Counted from the stretch's first letter, positions 1 to 11,200 are shown. The stretch: DNA of 64,000 bases from Dudresnaya verticillata (GCA_977862235.1 OZ374561.1:2356001-2420000); one strand, 5' to 3'. Numbers and translations are program-made. The notes: a model not told the origin generated them from the sequence alone.

Positions 1-78
1 GCGCATAACGAGCATCTGATTGGTGCGGCGATAATTAAAATAGCGTCTGGCCAATCAGGTGCTATACCGTGGCGTACA
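1..78 (-). repeat. Probable beginning of element D 3' LTR (continues out of window)
   Basis: The minus strand reads GACGGAGG-TAC-TGTACG, a weak purine tract, 3 nt, then TG. Elements A-C have the same spacing. No partner LTR in the window. Confidence 0.45.
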
Positions 79-180
79 GTACCTCCGTCGTGCGCGCAGC
101 AACCACTGTGGCATCGACTCCTGGGCCCGACTCTTCAATGTGGTGTCTCCACTTCATTTGGACCTGGTAGCGTTTGGGGG

Positions 181-1995
181 TTAGCCCACCATTGCCTTGG
201 TGATGGTGGAGGGGACGCCGAGACGTCTCCTCTTGCAATATGAGATAACTTGACTCCGCGGTAGATGTTGTATGGGCTCCCATGTATTTTGCGAAGACGG
301 ATAGCCGTACCATTTGACTTCAAACAGAAGTTGTGTATTATCATAACTGTGGTTCACCACTTTTTCGATGACATACTCGTCACGCTGCGGAATGTCGGCA
401 TGGTGTCGGTGCCTTGATGACACGGTGTCATCAGGCCGAGGGTCCGATTGTGACACGCGTGGAGCGGCGGTAGCTATACGGCGACTCCGTCTGGGGCTTG
501 GCGTGCCAATGGTCGCGGTTGTGACTTGATTGCGGTCTGCCGCTTCTGATCCGAGGATCCGGCTCACGAGAGGCCGCGTAGGGATTTCCCTAATGGTGTC
601 GTCAAACGTGACGTTCTTTCTTGGTGGGCGTGGAGAATCCTCCTGGTGGTTTTCTTGCGTTCTAGACGCGTCTGGTGACACATCGCGTGTCTCTCCTTCA
701 GGAGCGGGGCCCTTCCCGTTAGCGGGTAGGGTTTCAGCCTGACTATGGGGCCGTGACTCATCCACCTGATTGATGTCAGCCGAGTTTGCGGCAGGTGTTA
801 GGCGATGGGTGTGTAGTGTCCCGGATGGGTGTGGCTCGAGGTCTTCCGCTATCCGACGAATAGGCGAGCCTTTGCGGAGTATATCCCGCGTCGCTGCTTC
901 TTGTGGAGTACTCTCCTGGGAGGCGGTTATGCCGGTATTCTACGTGGGTTGCCGTTGACGAGGAGTTTCCTCCGAGTGGGGGTCGTCGGGCGATATCGCT
1001 GGTGCCTTTGGTGAGGTATCATGAGGAATTCCCTCTATTGTACCGTTGACGGCCTTGGTGCCTTCTGAGACAGCGTGCGGTTGATCCGCGATGGGGTGTC
1101 CATTTGCGCGGGCGCCGTTCGCTGGCCTGGATTCCGGCTCCAAACTTGCGTGAGCAGGAGTTGGAGTGGGAGCGGCGGCGTCAGCGCGTGTGGTGGGTGG
1201 TGAGTGAATTGCGGTAGTCCGCGTGCGGACGCCAGCGGTGCGTCTGGGTACTACGGGCGGCGGTAAATCCGCCAATCCGCGATCATTGCGTGGCTGTAGG
1301 GCTGGCGCCACAGCATGAAAAGTAATTGGGACATTTTCCCCGTGAGACACAGTAGCTCCGTCAGCGCGCTGCATTCGAGTATGATCGTTATTGAGATCGT
1401 CCGTTGGCGGTAATTCCGCATCTGTCAGGTCTGCCGTCCCTTCGGCGTTGGCTTGGTTGGTCGCGTCCCTTGGTGGGGCGGGCGCCAACACGACTCTGTC
1501 GCGGGAAATCCGCTCGTATTCAGGCCCGTCCTTCTCGACGGTGACCGTCTTGTCATTTGCGTCACTCACGCGATAGGGGCCGTCGGCGATAGGCGCCAGT
1601 TTTTGTTTTGGGGTATCCTTCCCATAGTACTCCTTACGTACGTAGACGTAGGAGTCTACTCCGATGACGTTGCGTGAGGGACGTACCCTGTTATCGAAAT
1701 TGCGTTTGTATCGCGCTTGTGTCTGTTCAACGCCTTTGGTGGCAGTTGACAGTAGTCCTGTGAGCCAGGACTGCCATTTGGCGTGGAATGTAGCCGAACT
1801 CGGCACTGGTTCCAGTGAGGGATGTGCCTCGACGCTTAGAGCGGGTGGAGGTCTGGAAAGTATCAGTTGAAAGGGGGCCAGGTTCGTGGTAGAATGAACT
1901 TGCGTATTGTACGCGTAGGTGATGGCATCTGAGAATAAATCCCATTCACGCGGATGGTCCGCAACGTAGTGCAGTAGCGCGGCGCGCATTGTATG
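181..1995 (-). pseudogene. Integrase C-terminus + long Pro/Thr-rich linker + chromodomain (disrupted)
   Basis: Split between ORFs 940-2088 and 181-765; similar to the pol ends of elements A and B. Confidence 0.85.
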
Positions 1996-3355
1996 CACCG
2001 GACTGCCGTTGCACTCGATGTGCAACGGTACCCCAAAAGCGAGCGTCACTTTTGGCGTGCGCCTCGGCGCGGGGCGCACGCAGCGCATCGAGCGCGAAAA
2101 ATGTTCCTTCTACAGTACGTACTTTAGCCGGGGGTCGGGAAACACCCAACCAGGCCAGCGGGCCGGAAGGCAACAGCCAATGCAAGGGGTTGCGAAAAAT
2201 CCCCAGCCAACGATTGGCTATAATTTGGGCGCAAACCGCCTCCCGGCGGGAGCAACAGCAGCGGCTGATCGATTAGCCAGAAGCGGCGCTCCGCCGGCAA
2301 GTGGGTGCGAGCAAGCGGCCTCGCCGAAGCTAGCCGCAGTGGCACCAGGCGCCCAAGACGGGCGCACAAGGGCAACCACTGTGGTCTCCCCCATGCCAAG
2401 GCGGCATGCCGCGCAGCGGCGCCGGGGCGCCATATGGGATCGGCACGCTTGCCTATTGCACCTGAGCAGCGGCTCACGCAAGCCCCGCGCCGAGACGACC
2501 GCTGTCGTGGCGCATTGGCGACGCACGAGGGCTCGATGCGCGCGCGCGCAGCACTCACCTTGGGCAGCAGCCCGACGTGGTGAGCTGCTGCGCTGGCGAT
2601 CGCCTTCGCCAAAAGAAGTTCGCATCGACGCGGGCCGAAGCCATATCCCACACTTTTCCCTTTAAACATGTCTATAGACGCAGCGGCGTAACTGGACTAA
2701 AAGGCGCAGCGGCGCTCTAATCGCTGAGTGCCGCGGCGCCCGCGAACACTATGCGTCGATCACACTATTGGGCAGCGTTGCCCTCGGCCCCCGCTCCTGG
2801 CTGAGCAGTCGTCGACGACGCAAAGCCAGGGGCGGAGGGGTCATAGCCGCGGCCACCCGGCCGCATCGCGCAGTTGAGTTGGCGCAGCAGCGCCCGCCGC
2901 GGTACCCGGCGCGTGGTACACCGCAGCGGCGCCAGCGGCAGCGGCCGCTTACCCGGCGGGGAGGGCGGTCGACGCCCCTGATCCGGGGTCGCCTTGCGCC
3001 GATGCGCTAAGGCCCCGGCGGGGAACCCCGCTCGGTGCGGTAGCGGAGGGCGGTGGCGTTCGCAGCGGCGAGGTCGCCATGAGTCTCCGCTAGAAGCGTC
3101 GCAAAGGCTGTAACAAGAGTGCGCAGCGGCGCATCCTCACCGAGTTGCAATACCGCAGCGGCGGAATTAATTTCGAAGGTGCACTTCCTACTCCGGCAGT
3201 GGAAGAGGACCTGACGACGGACCGCCGCGGCGTCAAGCGCGTCGAGCGCCGTGTGTGTCGCAAGGAGCATGCGCGTCCAGCGCCGCGGAATACAGTGCAC
3301 TCGCGCAAGCAGGCGAATCTAGCACTGTGCGCACGCGGGCGGGCGTGCGCCTCGT

Positions 3356-3592
3356 GCGCCACGCCTCAAGATCACGGCAGCGGCCGATCTCGGGCGAGAA
3401 AAATCGGCGCAGAAATTGCACGGCCAATCGCATGGGCCGTGCGCTTCGTGTGCCGCGCGCGTGCACAGGTGCGCACCTTTCAAATTTGGGCAGCGAGGCC
3501 CGTTGTGCGCATCGAGCGCCACGCCTCGAGATCACGGCAGCGGCCGATCTCGGGCGAGACAAATCGGCGCAGAAATTGCACGGCCAATCGCA
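3356..3592 (+). repeat. Direct repeat, two 77-bp copies 160 bp apart (2 mismatches)
   Basis: GCGCCACGCCTC(A/G)AGATCACGGCAGCGGCCGATCTCGGGCGAGA(A/C)AAATCGGCGCAGAAATTGCACGGCCAATCGCA at 3356-3432 and 3516-3592. Confidence 0.9.
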
Positions 3593-3678
3593 GCGCCGCG
3601 CGCGCGCACCGTGCACCCCTTTTGACTTGGGAAACATCAACGGCCGAGAGCGGGGCGCTCACGCTTGAGGAGGGGCCG

Positions 3679-4452
3679 TGTACTATAGCTGTCAGCACAC
3701 TATCAGCAGCGGCTGTAAGGTATGCTGGTAGCGCCGCACTGCAATGGTGCACACGATGACGCCCGCTGGCGAGTCGTGGTTGGGCAGCGTGCCCTTAGTT
3801 TTTTCGTTGAATTAGTAGCGGTCGACCGCATTGCTGACGGCAGCGGCCGCGCGCCGTGCCGCACACGGCACGCCCCTGTGACGCTCTCCGGCATCGAGCC
3901 GTTGAGAGGGCCGCTGCCCGTTACGCCCCGCGCGCGCCCACGGGTAACCGTTACCCGGACGTGTCGACACGTGTATGGGCGCGCGCTCGCACACCTCCCG
4001 CGTTGGTGTTGTGGGGCGCACCTACTGTAGAAGTAGTCGTAGTGCACATAGTGTAGGGTATTTAAGACCGTCGGCCATCGACGGCTCAGTAAACCGGGCA
4101 AGCAACAGCTCGCGCTGAAGCTTGCCCCCAGCCTTTTCGGGTTCGATCCCTTTGCCTTACGCCAGCGGGCGGTTTCCCTTTTTCCCCTTGCCTCGCTAGG
4201 CTTTCCCCTTTCCTTTTCCTTTCCGTCGGCTTCGTGCCGCCCTTCGACAGGGACGCTGGGATCCGGCCGCTGCCTACCCGCGTACGGTACGCCCCGTGCG
4301 CGCTCCGGCATCGACGCCGTCGATCCGCACCTGCGGGGCGCACGCGGCCGACACCGCTCTACCAACCCCAACAGCTACCCATCGACGGGTCTGTGTGGCG
4401 GCTTCGGACCAGCAAGTATCAGACGTCGGATCGACCCGACGTCTATACTACA
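3679..4452 (+). repeat. 3' LTR of element C (774 bp)
   Basis: TG...CA ends with a 9/10 terminal inverted repeat, an upstream PPT, a TATA-like TATTTAA near 4059 and a following pyrimidine tract. The layout matches element B's LTR. Confidence 0.75.
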
Positions 4453-4936
4453 ACCCGCACTAGAGACATGCTCTTGTTGAATGCCTTCTGGTCCTCGGAA
4501 AGCGCGGCCCCCTTGAATCCTACCTGCAAATACGACCGAAACGCGTATGCGGGATCGCCGTAGATGTAGAACTGGCGTCCGTCGATGAGCACGGAGGTCG
4601 AGAGGTCCTGTTCGATGGCCGACTGGCGGAACAGCGTCATGTCGTGACGACGCCCCTCCTCCGGACCGAACACATGGAAGATGAGCCCATCCGGCGTGCT
4701 CACGGCCTGCATCTCCAGGCAGTTTCGGCGCTTGTGCCCGTTGTATGTAAACCCCGACGGACGGGCGATGTAGAGATTGGTTCTGTCTAGGAACCCGACG
4801 CATGAGTCCAAAGCCGCACCCGCATTATGAATAGCGTCAACATACATCTCCGCACGCTCTTGCAGAAAGGACGACCTGAACGTAGTAACCAGCGCACTAA
4901 ACTTGTCGAACATGAACTCCAGAGCCTCGTAGAATA
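4453..4936 (-). pseudogene. PIF/Harbinger (DDE_Tnp_4-like) transposase, catalytic-domain segment
   Basis: CVGFLDRT...YNGHKRRNCL...GRRHD...IYGDPAY...FNKSMSLVRV; cut by LTR C just before the expected catalytic Glu. Confidence 0.9.
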
Positions 4937-5611
4937 TGTGGTGAAGTGAGCCGTGGCGCGCATGCGGCCCACCGACGGCGAACCAACCGTAACGGGTGAT
5001 GTGGCAATACACCACGCTGATGATCTGGCAACGTGTAACCGTGTCGGATGTTGTGCGCATTGCTGTACGCCGGTACGCATTGCTGTACAGCAGTGAAGCG
5101 CACCAACCATACCGGAGTATTTGTAGTGTTTATTCTTTATTTTTAGTGAGTATCTGTACAGTATGTGGAGTAGTGCGCCAGCCAATGAGAATGCTGCGCA
5201 TGTCCGTGCCGGAGATTGGGACCAGCAGGGCCGATTCCACCATAGGACCAGACCACTAGGGTCTGGCCCCCACGGACCGGACCGCTCGGTGCCACCCTGA
5301 CTTGTATATCCGGGCGGCACCGCAGCGGCTCCTAAGGTAAACGGGTAAGCAACCTTAGCCCAATCCTTTACGGTTTTCCCCGCGCCGAGCCCGTTGCGGT
5401 CTACCACCACCACCGTTACGGAGTCCGTCCCGGCACTTGTACCACCCCCTTGTCTGTTGCTTCCCAATATCCGTCTCGGTTAGCCGCTAGCTGTTCTCCC
5501 GTTACGGTGCGAACTGATCTACCACCCCTTGGAGGTAGTGTTGCTCTCGTCCGTTAAGGAAAGTCAGGCCAGCTGTCCGTCTCGGAGTTCGTGGGTTTTC
5601 ACTACACCACA
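4937..5611 (+). repeat. 5' LTR of element A (675 bp)
   Basis: TGTGGTG...CACCACA; matches 15674-16198 with ~9 substitutions plus a 150-bp extra segment (5291-5440). Confidence 0.97.
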
Positions 5612-5616
5612 TCTTT

Positions 5617-5634
5617 TGGTCTCCCGACCTAGAA
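5617..5634 (+). promoter_or_regulatory. Primer-binding site, probably tRNA-Tyr
   Basis: TGGTCTCCCGACCTAGAA is complementary to ...UUCUAGGUCGGGAGACCA. G72/A73 fit eukaryotic tRNA-Tyr identity elements. Confidence 0.75.
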
Positions 5635-5759
5635 CACCGTCACGGTTGGAAGAAACAGCCGTCGAAATCCGCTACGGTAGGAATTCGGCTGTACCGACAA
5701 CCCGTTACGGAATATTGGATAGACAAGCAAGAACAACCGTTGTGTTCCGTTAAGGTATC

Positions 5760-8237
5760 GTGCAGAACGAAGAACACGCAGACCCTCCCGTTACGGAACC
5801 TAAAGCCGGTGACACTACCCCCGCTGCGCGCAGTCTGCGCAGCGAAGGAGGTGAAATCCGTTCCGGAGTGGAGAACCCAGAAGACATCGTAAAGGGTGCT
5901 GCTGGTAAAGCTCCCCGTTCCCGTGTCGGATCAGACGCCTCCAAGAAGGCAGCGCCGCAGCCCAAGCCGGAATCCCATTGGGTCCACTGGGTCCTGTCGG
6001 AGGTCCTTTCTAGGGTGTTAGAGCATCTCCGATTGGAAGTACAACCTGGAATGGTAAAAGAGGTGGAGTTATCCCTCTCGGAAACTGTTCCGTCTTTGGT
6101 TAATTCCTATCTGGAGCAGCACCTTCCTCGGATAGTGCAAGCTTTGATCCTACAGGAAAAGGTGGCCGCCGAACTCGAGTGCCAGATTGCTCCCGGCATG
6201 GCAAGGCCTCCCACTACGGAAGCTTTCACTGAGCAACTACCGTTACGGAATGAATTCCCGGTCGAGGGAAGAACGCAGCAGCCGCAACAACCCCCCGTTT
6301 TGGGATTGCCGCCGGGCACAGTACCCTCTGGGCCACTGTCACCGGCTCCCGTAACGGATTGTCAACATCCACACGCCCCTACGGGACCAAAACACACTCA
6401 GCCACCGTTACGGTATTCGCCTGGACACGTAGATGTGCCTACGCCAGGGCGCTATCAGCAAGAGCGCTATACCGTTCCGGTTCGATCAGGTGGAGGCAGC
6501 GACCATCTCAGCGATGCGTCCAGCTCACCCCATCCGAGTCGGAGGACCGGTCGAGGTCGGCATAAACGAGATGCCCGACACTCCCGCTCTGACCCTCCCC
6601 GTCAGTCGCACATGGGCGACCACACCCAGCGACGACGCCACCAATCCGGTATGGAATCCAATGAGAGCAGCTCAGAGGATAGCCAACACCGCCGCCGCAA
6701 GAGGAGAAACAGAAGATCGCGGAAACGTGAAAAACATGACTCCTCTACCTCTACGGATTCAAACTCAGAGAGTTCTTCCGTAACGGATAGAGAGAATAGG
6801 CACCGGGCCAGAAAACACGGTGCCAAATCCGGAAAGGTGAAGGTAATCCGGCCGCTACATGACAAGTTTGTCAAGGCGCTGGACTACCGCACCCACCAAT
6901 TGGATAAGAGGAGTAAGACATACGGCTCTAAGTTCTCACAGAACATGAGCCGTATACGGAAGAAACTCGACGTCCAGATGTCGTCCCATACATTCGATGG
7001 GACGGACCCTATTACCGTCTTGGGATTTCTCGCCAAGTTCCGTGACGGTTGTAACATCAACGGCATCGCCGAAGGGGTTGCCGTCTGGTGCTTCCAGTTT
7101 TCCCTTAAAGGACAGGCCGAAGCCCTTCTACAGGCTAGGCTTGCTGGAGGTACCATGGAGGTTGACGTGGAGCAGGCCGAGATGCTCCGCACATATTCCG
7201 AGGTGGTGAACTTTTTAGTGAGAACCTACGCTACGGATGAAGTGATTGCTGAAGCCTATACGGATATCAGCAACTTCAGGCAAACATCCGCCATGCCGGA
7301 AGAGCAGTTCTCGAACCAGCTCTGGGCCAAGGCTCTCCGTTGCGGTACAGTATTTTCCGATCGGGCATTGAAGTCACTGTTCGTTGAAGGACTCCTACCG
7401 GGTACTCGTCAACAGATGAGAAATTATCTAGCGACGCATTCCCAGTTGGATTACCGGGCCATCACTCGTTATGCGACTGGCCTGGGTCAGTCCCATCGGG
7501 CAGCTCGACGCCAAACCGTTCCGGCTCACGTCTTTGATGGGCGCACTAAAGCACGCCCGTCTAAGGTGTTGTCGCTGGATTCCGTATCGGATGTACCCTA
7601 TGCGTCGCAAGGGAATCTTTCCGCTACGGATAATCAAGTGCTAGCCGTCGAGGGAGGCCACGGTGCCGCTACGGGAACGAGCACGGGGGTTACCTTTTCT
7701 ACCCCGTACTCCTCGCCCCCGCAAAGCGTCCACCCTACTCCGCCCAGGATGCCACGCGCACAAGGTCCCCCCTATGGTGGATCTCGCCCGGCTCCTGGCC
7801 CCCAACAGCAGCCGAGTCACCGTTACGGAAATAATGCCCACGATGAGCGAGGACAGCAGCAACCAGCACCTCCGTTACGGGATGAGTCGGATCCTCGGGT
7901 CCGACGCCTTTACGGAAGTGGTAACTGTCGCATCTGCCTTTCGCCAGAGCACGTTGTTTGCCCCTGGATACATGAATCCGATCGGGTTAAGCTTATGGAA
8001 GAGCGCGAGCGCAACTTCCAGAAGCACTACCCTGTAGGTCGCAGGTTCGTTGTAGGAACCAGTTCGAATCCTCAAGGGAATCGGGGCAGGCCGCAAACGC
8101 CCCCTCCGCAACGGAATGCCCCGATACTATCGGTGGAGGACCATGACGGAGTGGAACTCGCAGAATTGCGCGAGCCCATGGCGGCGGATCCGACTGGTGC
8201 AACCTTGAATTCGGAAAACTCAAGGGGGGATGCGTAA
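5760..8237 (+). CDS. gag: Gag of element A (825-codon open frame; first in-frame ATG at 6051)
   Basis: FDGTDPITVLGFL...VNFLVRTYA capsid-like region also found in element B gag; degenerate knuckle CRICLSPEHVVC. Confidence 0.88.
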   Translation: MQNEEHADPPVTEPKAGDTTPAARSLRSEGGEIRSGVENPEDIVKGAAGKAPRSRVGSDASKKAAPQPKPESHWVHWVLSEVLSRVLEHLRLEVQPGMVKEVELSLSETVPSLVNSYLEQHLPRIVQALILQEKVAAELECQIAPGMARPPTTEAFTEQLPLRNEFPVEGRTQQPQQPPVLGLPPGTVPSGPLSPAPVTDCQHPHAPTGPKHTQPPLRYSPGHVDVPTPGRYQQERYTVPVRSGGGSDHLSDASSSPHPSRRTGRGRHKRDARHSRSDPPRQSHMGDHTQRRRHQSGMESNESSSEDSQHRRRKRRNRRSRKREKHDSSTSTDSNSESSSVTDRENRHRARKHGAKSGKVKVIRPLHDKFVKALDYRTHQLDKRSKTYGSKFSQNMSRIRKKLDVQMSSHTFDGTDPITVLGFLAKFRDGCNINGIAEGVAVWCFQFSLKGQAEALLQARLAGGTMEVDVEQAEMLRTYSEVVNFLVRTYATDEVIAEAYTDISNFRQTSAMPEEQFSNQLWAKALRCGTVFSDRALKSLFVEGLLPGTRQQMRNYLATHSQLDYRAITRYATGLGQSHRAARRQTVPAHVFDGRTKARPSKVLSLDSVSDVPYASQGNLSATDNQVLAVEGGHGAATGTSTGVTFSTPYSSPPQSVHPTPPRMPRAQGPPYGGSRPAPGPQQQPSHRYGNNAHDERGQQQPAPPLRDESDPRVRRLYGSGNCRICLSPEHVVCPWIHESDRVKLMEERERNFQKHYPVGRRFVVGTSSNPQGNRGRPQTPPPQRNAPILSVEDHDGVELAELREPMAADPTGATLNSENSRGDA

Positions 8238-8253
8238 GGGCGCCGCCATCCCC
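8213..8253 (+). promoter_or_regulatory. Putative -1 ribosomal frameshift signal gag/pol (element A)
   Basis: G GAA AAC at 8213-8219, a short spacer, then stem GGGGATG...CATCCCC. The -1 frame is open from 8213 into the protease ORF. Confidence 0.7.
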
Positions 8254-11200
8254 GCCTCACGGCGTTCCACCTCTCGCGAGTGTGGACCCGCCAGGGGATC
8301 GGCGAGATACCGTTACGGAACTCCCATTGGCTTATCAGACGAATGATACTATCTGCTTTATGCAACATGAAAATTACAAGATGCAAATTACCGTGGGACG
8401 GACAGATAGCGTGATGCTTCCTTTAATCTCCGTCTTGGACTCTCGCGCTGGGCCCAATCTCATTAGTGCCAGGCGCCTCCCGCGCCAATGGCTCCCACTC
8501 ATACGCCCAGCAGCCAGTCCTCCATTACGGGATGCGTCTAATCGCGCTATACGCCCTCTTGGTCAGATCCAACTTTTCGTCCGTATCGGAGAGCTCCGTG
8601 CTCGCGTCCATTTTCTAGTGGTCGCGAACTTGGCGGCTCCCTGTATCTTGGGAACTACCTTCATCGATCGCTACGTGAAGGCAATCCTCCCACCGTTACG
8701 GAAAGTTGTTTTTCATCCTTACCCACCGGTATCCCTTGTTGTTCAAGCCAAAATTCCGAAGACGGGAACCACTGCAACCCTACAGCCCTCACCTCTTTCT
8801 ACCGCTACGGTTTCTCAGAAAATCTATTTAGCAAAATCTACCCTTATTCCCCCTATGACTCAAACCACCGTAACGGTTAATACCCCCACGGGTGGGTTAT
8901 GCTTCTACTAAATCATCCTAAGCCGGCTTTTAAGCACCTTACGTTAATGGCTAATGGTATTATGGATGTTGTACCTAACATACCGTTTCGGATCTGGGTC
9001 TCTAATTTTTCTAACAAGCCGGTACGGTTACCCAAATCTACTGTCGTGGGCCTCGCTACTGCTGCCCCCTCTGCTATTTTTACCGTTGACGGTATACCTC
9101 CATTTAAGGAGGGGGGAGGAATTATTCAATCATTTAATTCTAACCCTACCTCCGAAAAGGCCAGCAGCATCTCCCCTCATGAAAAGGAAGTAAACAAACC
9201 CGTAACGGAAAATACAAATACTACCGACTGGAAGGATCACGTCCAGATCGGCACAGAAGAAGCATCGCTCCGCAAACGGATTTTAACCCTACTCGAGGAA
9301 TATAAGTCGATGTGGAGTGGCGATCTTGGCAACATTACAGCTGCCAAGCACCGCATCGAGTTAACTCCCGGAGCTAAGCCAGTATACCAAGCCCCATACC
9401 GTGCCGGACATAAGCAGCGAGATCTCTAAAAGACAGAGATCGATCGCATGCTTTCCGCTAAGGTAATTGAACCAGCCTCATCGGAGTGGGCCAGCCCCGT
9501 GGTTTTCGTTCCAAAAAAGGACGGCACCATGCGGTTCTGTGTTGACTATAGAAGGCTCAATTCCGTAACGGTTAGGGACTCATATCCCTTACCCAGGATG
9601 GATGAGTGCATAGATTACCTTCGGGAAGCTACTGTATTTACCACCCTGCATTGCAATAGCGGATATTGGAAAGTCGAGATTCGGGAAGAGGAAAGGGACA
9701 AAACTACCTTCACTAGCCATTTTGGCTTATTCAGTTTTCGGAGAATGCCATTCGGATTGAAAAATGCACCGGCAACCTTCCAACAGGCAGTGGATATAAT
9801 CCTTTCTACGGTTAAATGGCAATTTGCCCTCGTCTACCTAGACGATGTAATTGTCTACTCAAAAACCGTTACGGAACATTTCCACCACTTGAGGGAAGTC
9901 CTTACGCTTTTACGATCCGCTGGGGTAACGTTGAAATTGTCAAAGTGTGACTTCTTCAACGCGTCTGTACAATACCTGGGGCATGTTATCCGTTCCGGAA
10001 AATTAGAAGTGGATAATCGAAATATCCAATCCGTTAAGGTCGCGAAGCCGCCGACTAACCAAACGGAATTGCGATCCTTCTTGGAAATGTGCAACGTGTA
10101 TCGTCGCTTTGTACCCAACTTCGCTCGGATTTCAGCACCGCTAAATAAGAAAACCGGCAAGGGCTCACCCTTTGAGTTTGGAATATTATCCGACACGGAA
10201 CATGAAGCCTTCGAGGAACTGAAGAGACGCCTTATCTCTCCACCTATATTGGCTCTACCCCGTCACGGATATAAATATACGTTGGACACTGACGCATGTG
10301 ACCACCAAGTCGGCTGTGTCCTTCTGCAGGAACAACCGAATGGCGATCACCTCCCTATTGGATACTGGAGCCGAAGCCTCACCGATGCGGAGAAAAATTA
10401 TACGACAACCGAAAAGGAATGCTTAGCCGTGGTCTGGAGCATGTTAACACTCCGACCCTACCTTTACGGTGACAATTTTATTCTCCGAACGGATCACGAT
10501 GCCCTGCGGTGGATCCTGAACCTCGCAGACTCATCTGGCCGCCTTGCCAGGTGGAGGCTCCGCCTATCGGAATTTGAATTTGAGGTGCAATACCGTCGTG
10601 GAATTAAGCATCAACTCGCCGATGGGATGTCGCGACTCCGAACGGATGGCGGTGACGATAGACCTTTGGATGAAGAGATACCCTGCTTTGTCGCCGAAAA
10701 TACCGTCGACGGATTATATGAGCATGGAGTCTATTTAACCGATTGGGCCACATCACGAGAAACTGCTACGGAAAATAACGTAATATGCGCCGTGGAGCCC
10801 GCCAGTGGGAGTGCATCCGCCTCCCCCGACAAGCCCGACGCCATACCGTCACGGTTTACTGTCATCCAAGACTCCGACGTTAAGGATGAGACAATTACCA
10901 GGGAGGAGTTCCTCGAAGCGCAAGCCAGAGACCCTTTCTGTTGTCTCAAATTCGATACGGTAGGCTCCCCTGGATCACAGTTTGACTATGACCGTAACGG
11001 ATTCTTGGTACGCAAGTCCCAATTGGATGGTGCTCTACAGAACGTGGTGCCAAGCGAACTCCGTGGACGGGTATTGTATTTATCCCACTACACCCTGATG
11101 TCGGGTCACCCAGGTGGAATTAAGATGTATTATACACTCCGACAGGATTATTATTGGCCTCATATGGCCAACGATGTATTTGAATCCGTTCGGACATTTC

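Larger units (their letters stand above)
1..1995 (-). mobile_element. Truncated Ty3/gypsy chromodomain retrotransposon D (integrase 3' part, chromodomain, start of 3' LTR)
   Basis: ORF 940-2088 contains an integrase C-terminus (HYVADHPREWDLF...YAYNTQVHSTT...GPY). ORF 181-765 ends in a chromodomain (YVIEKVVNH...FEVKWYGYPSSQNTWEP). Integrase similarity stops abruptly near 1995. Confidence 0.85.
1996..4452 (+). mobile_element. 3' portion of LTR retrotransposon C (3' internal region, PPT, 3' LTR) inserted in the Harbinger transposase
   Basis: PPT GAGGAGGGG (3667-3675) + CCG + TGTACTATAG (3679) ... CTATACTACA (4452). Transposase coding begins at 4453. The left boundary is set only by the end of element D similarity. 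Confidence 0.7.

Noticed and set aside
1996..2030. Helitron 3' end (hairpin near a junction)
   Set aside because: No CTRR terminus at the expected distance, no 5' TC end and no Rep/helicase sequence.
2009..4371. Many Arg/Ala-rich ORFs on both strands
   Set aside because: Expected in very GC-rich repeat and LTR sequence; no recognisable domains.
2673..4447. TA-flanked TIR element (TATAGACG...CGTCTATA)
   Set aside because: Only 8 bp, and the right end is better explained as the end of LTR C.
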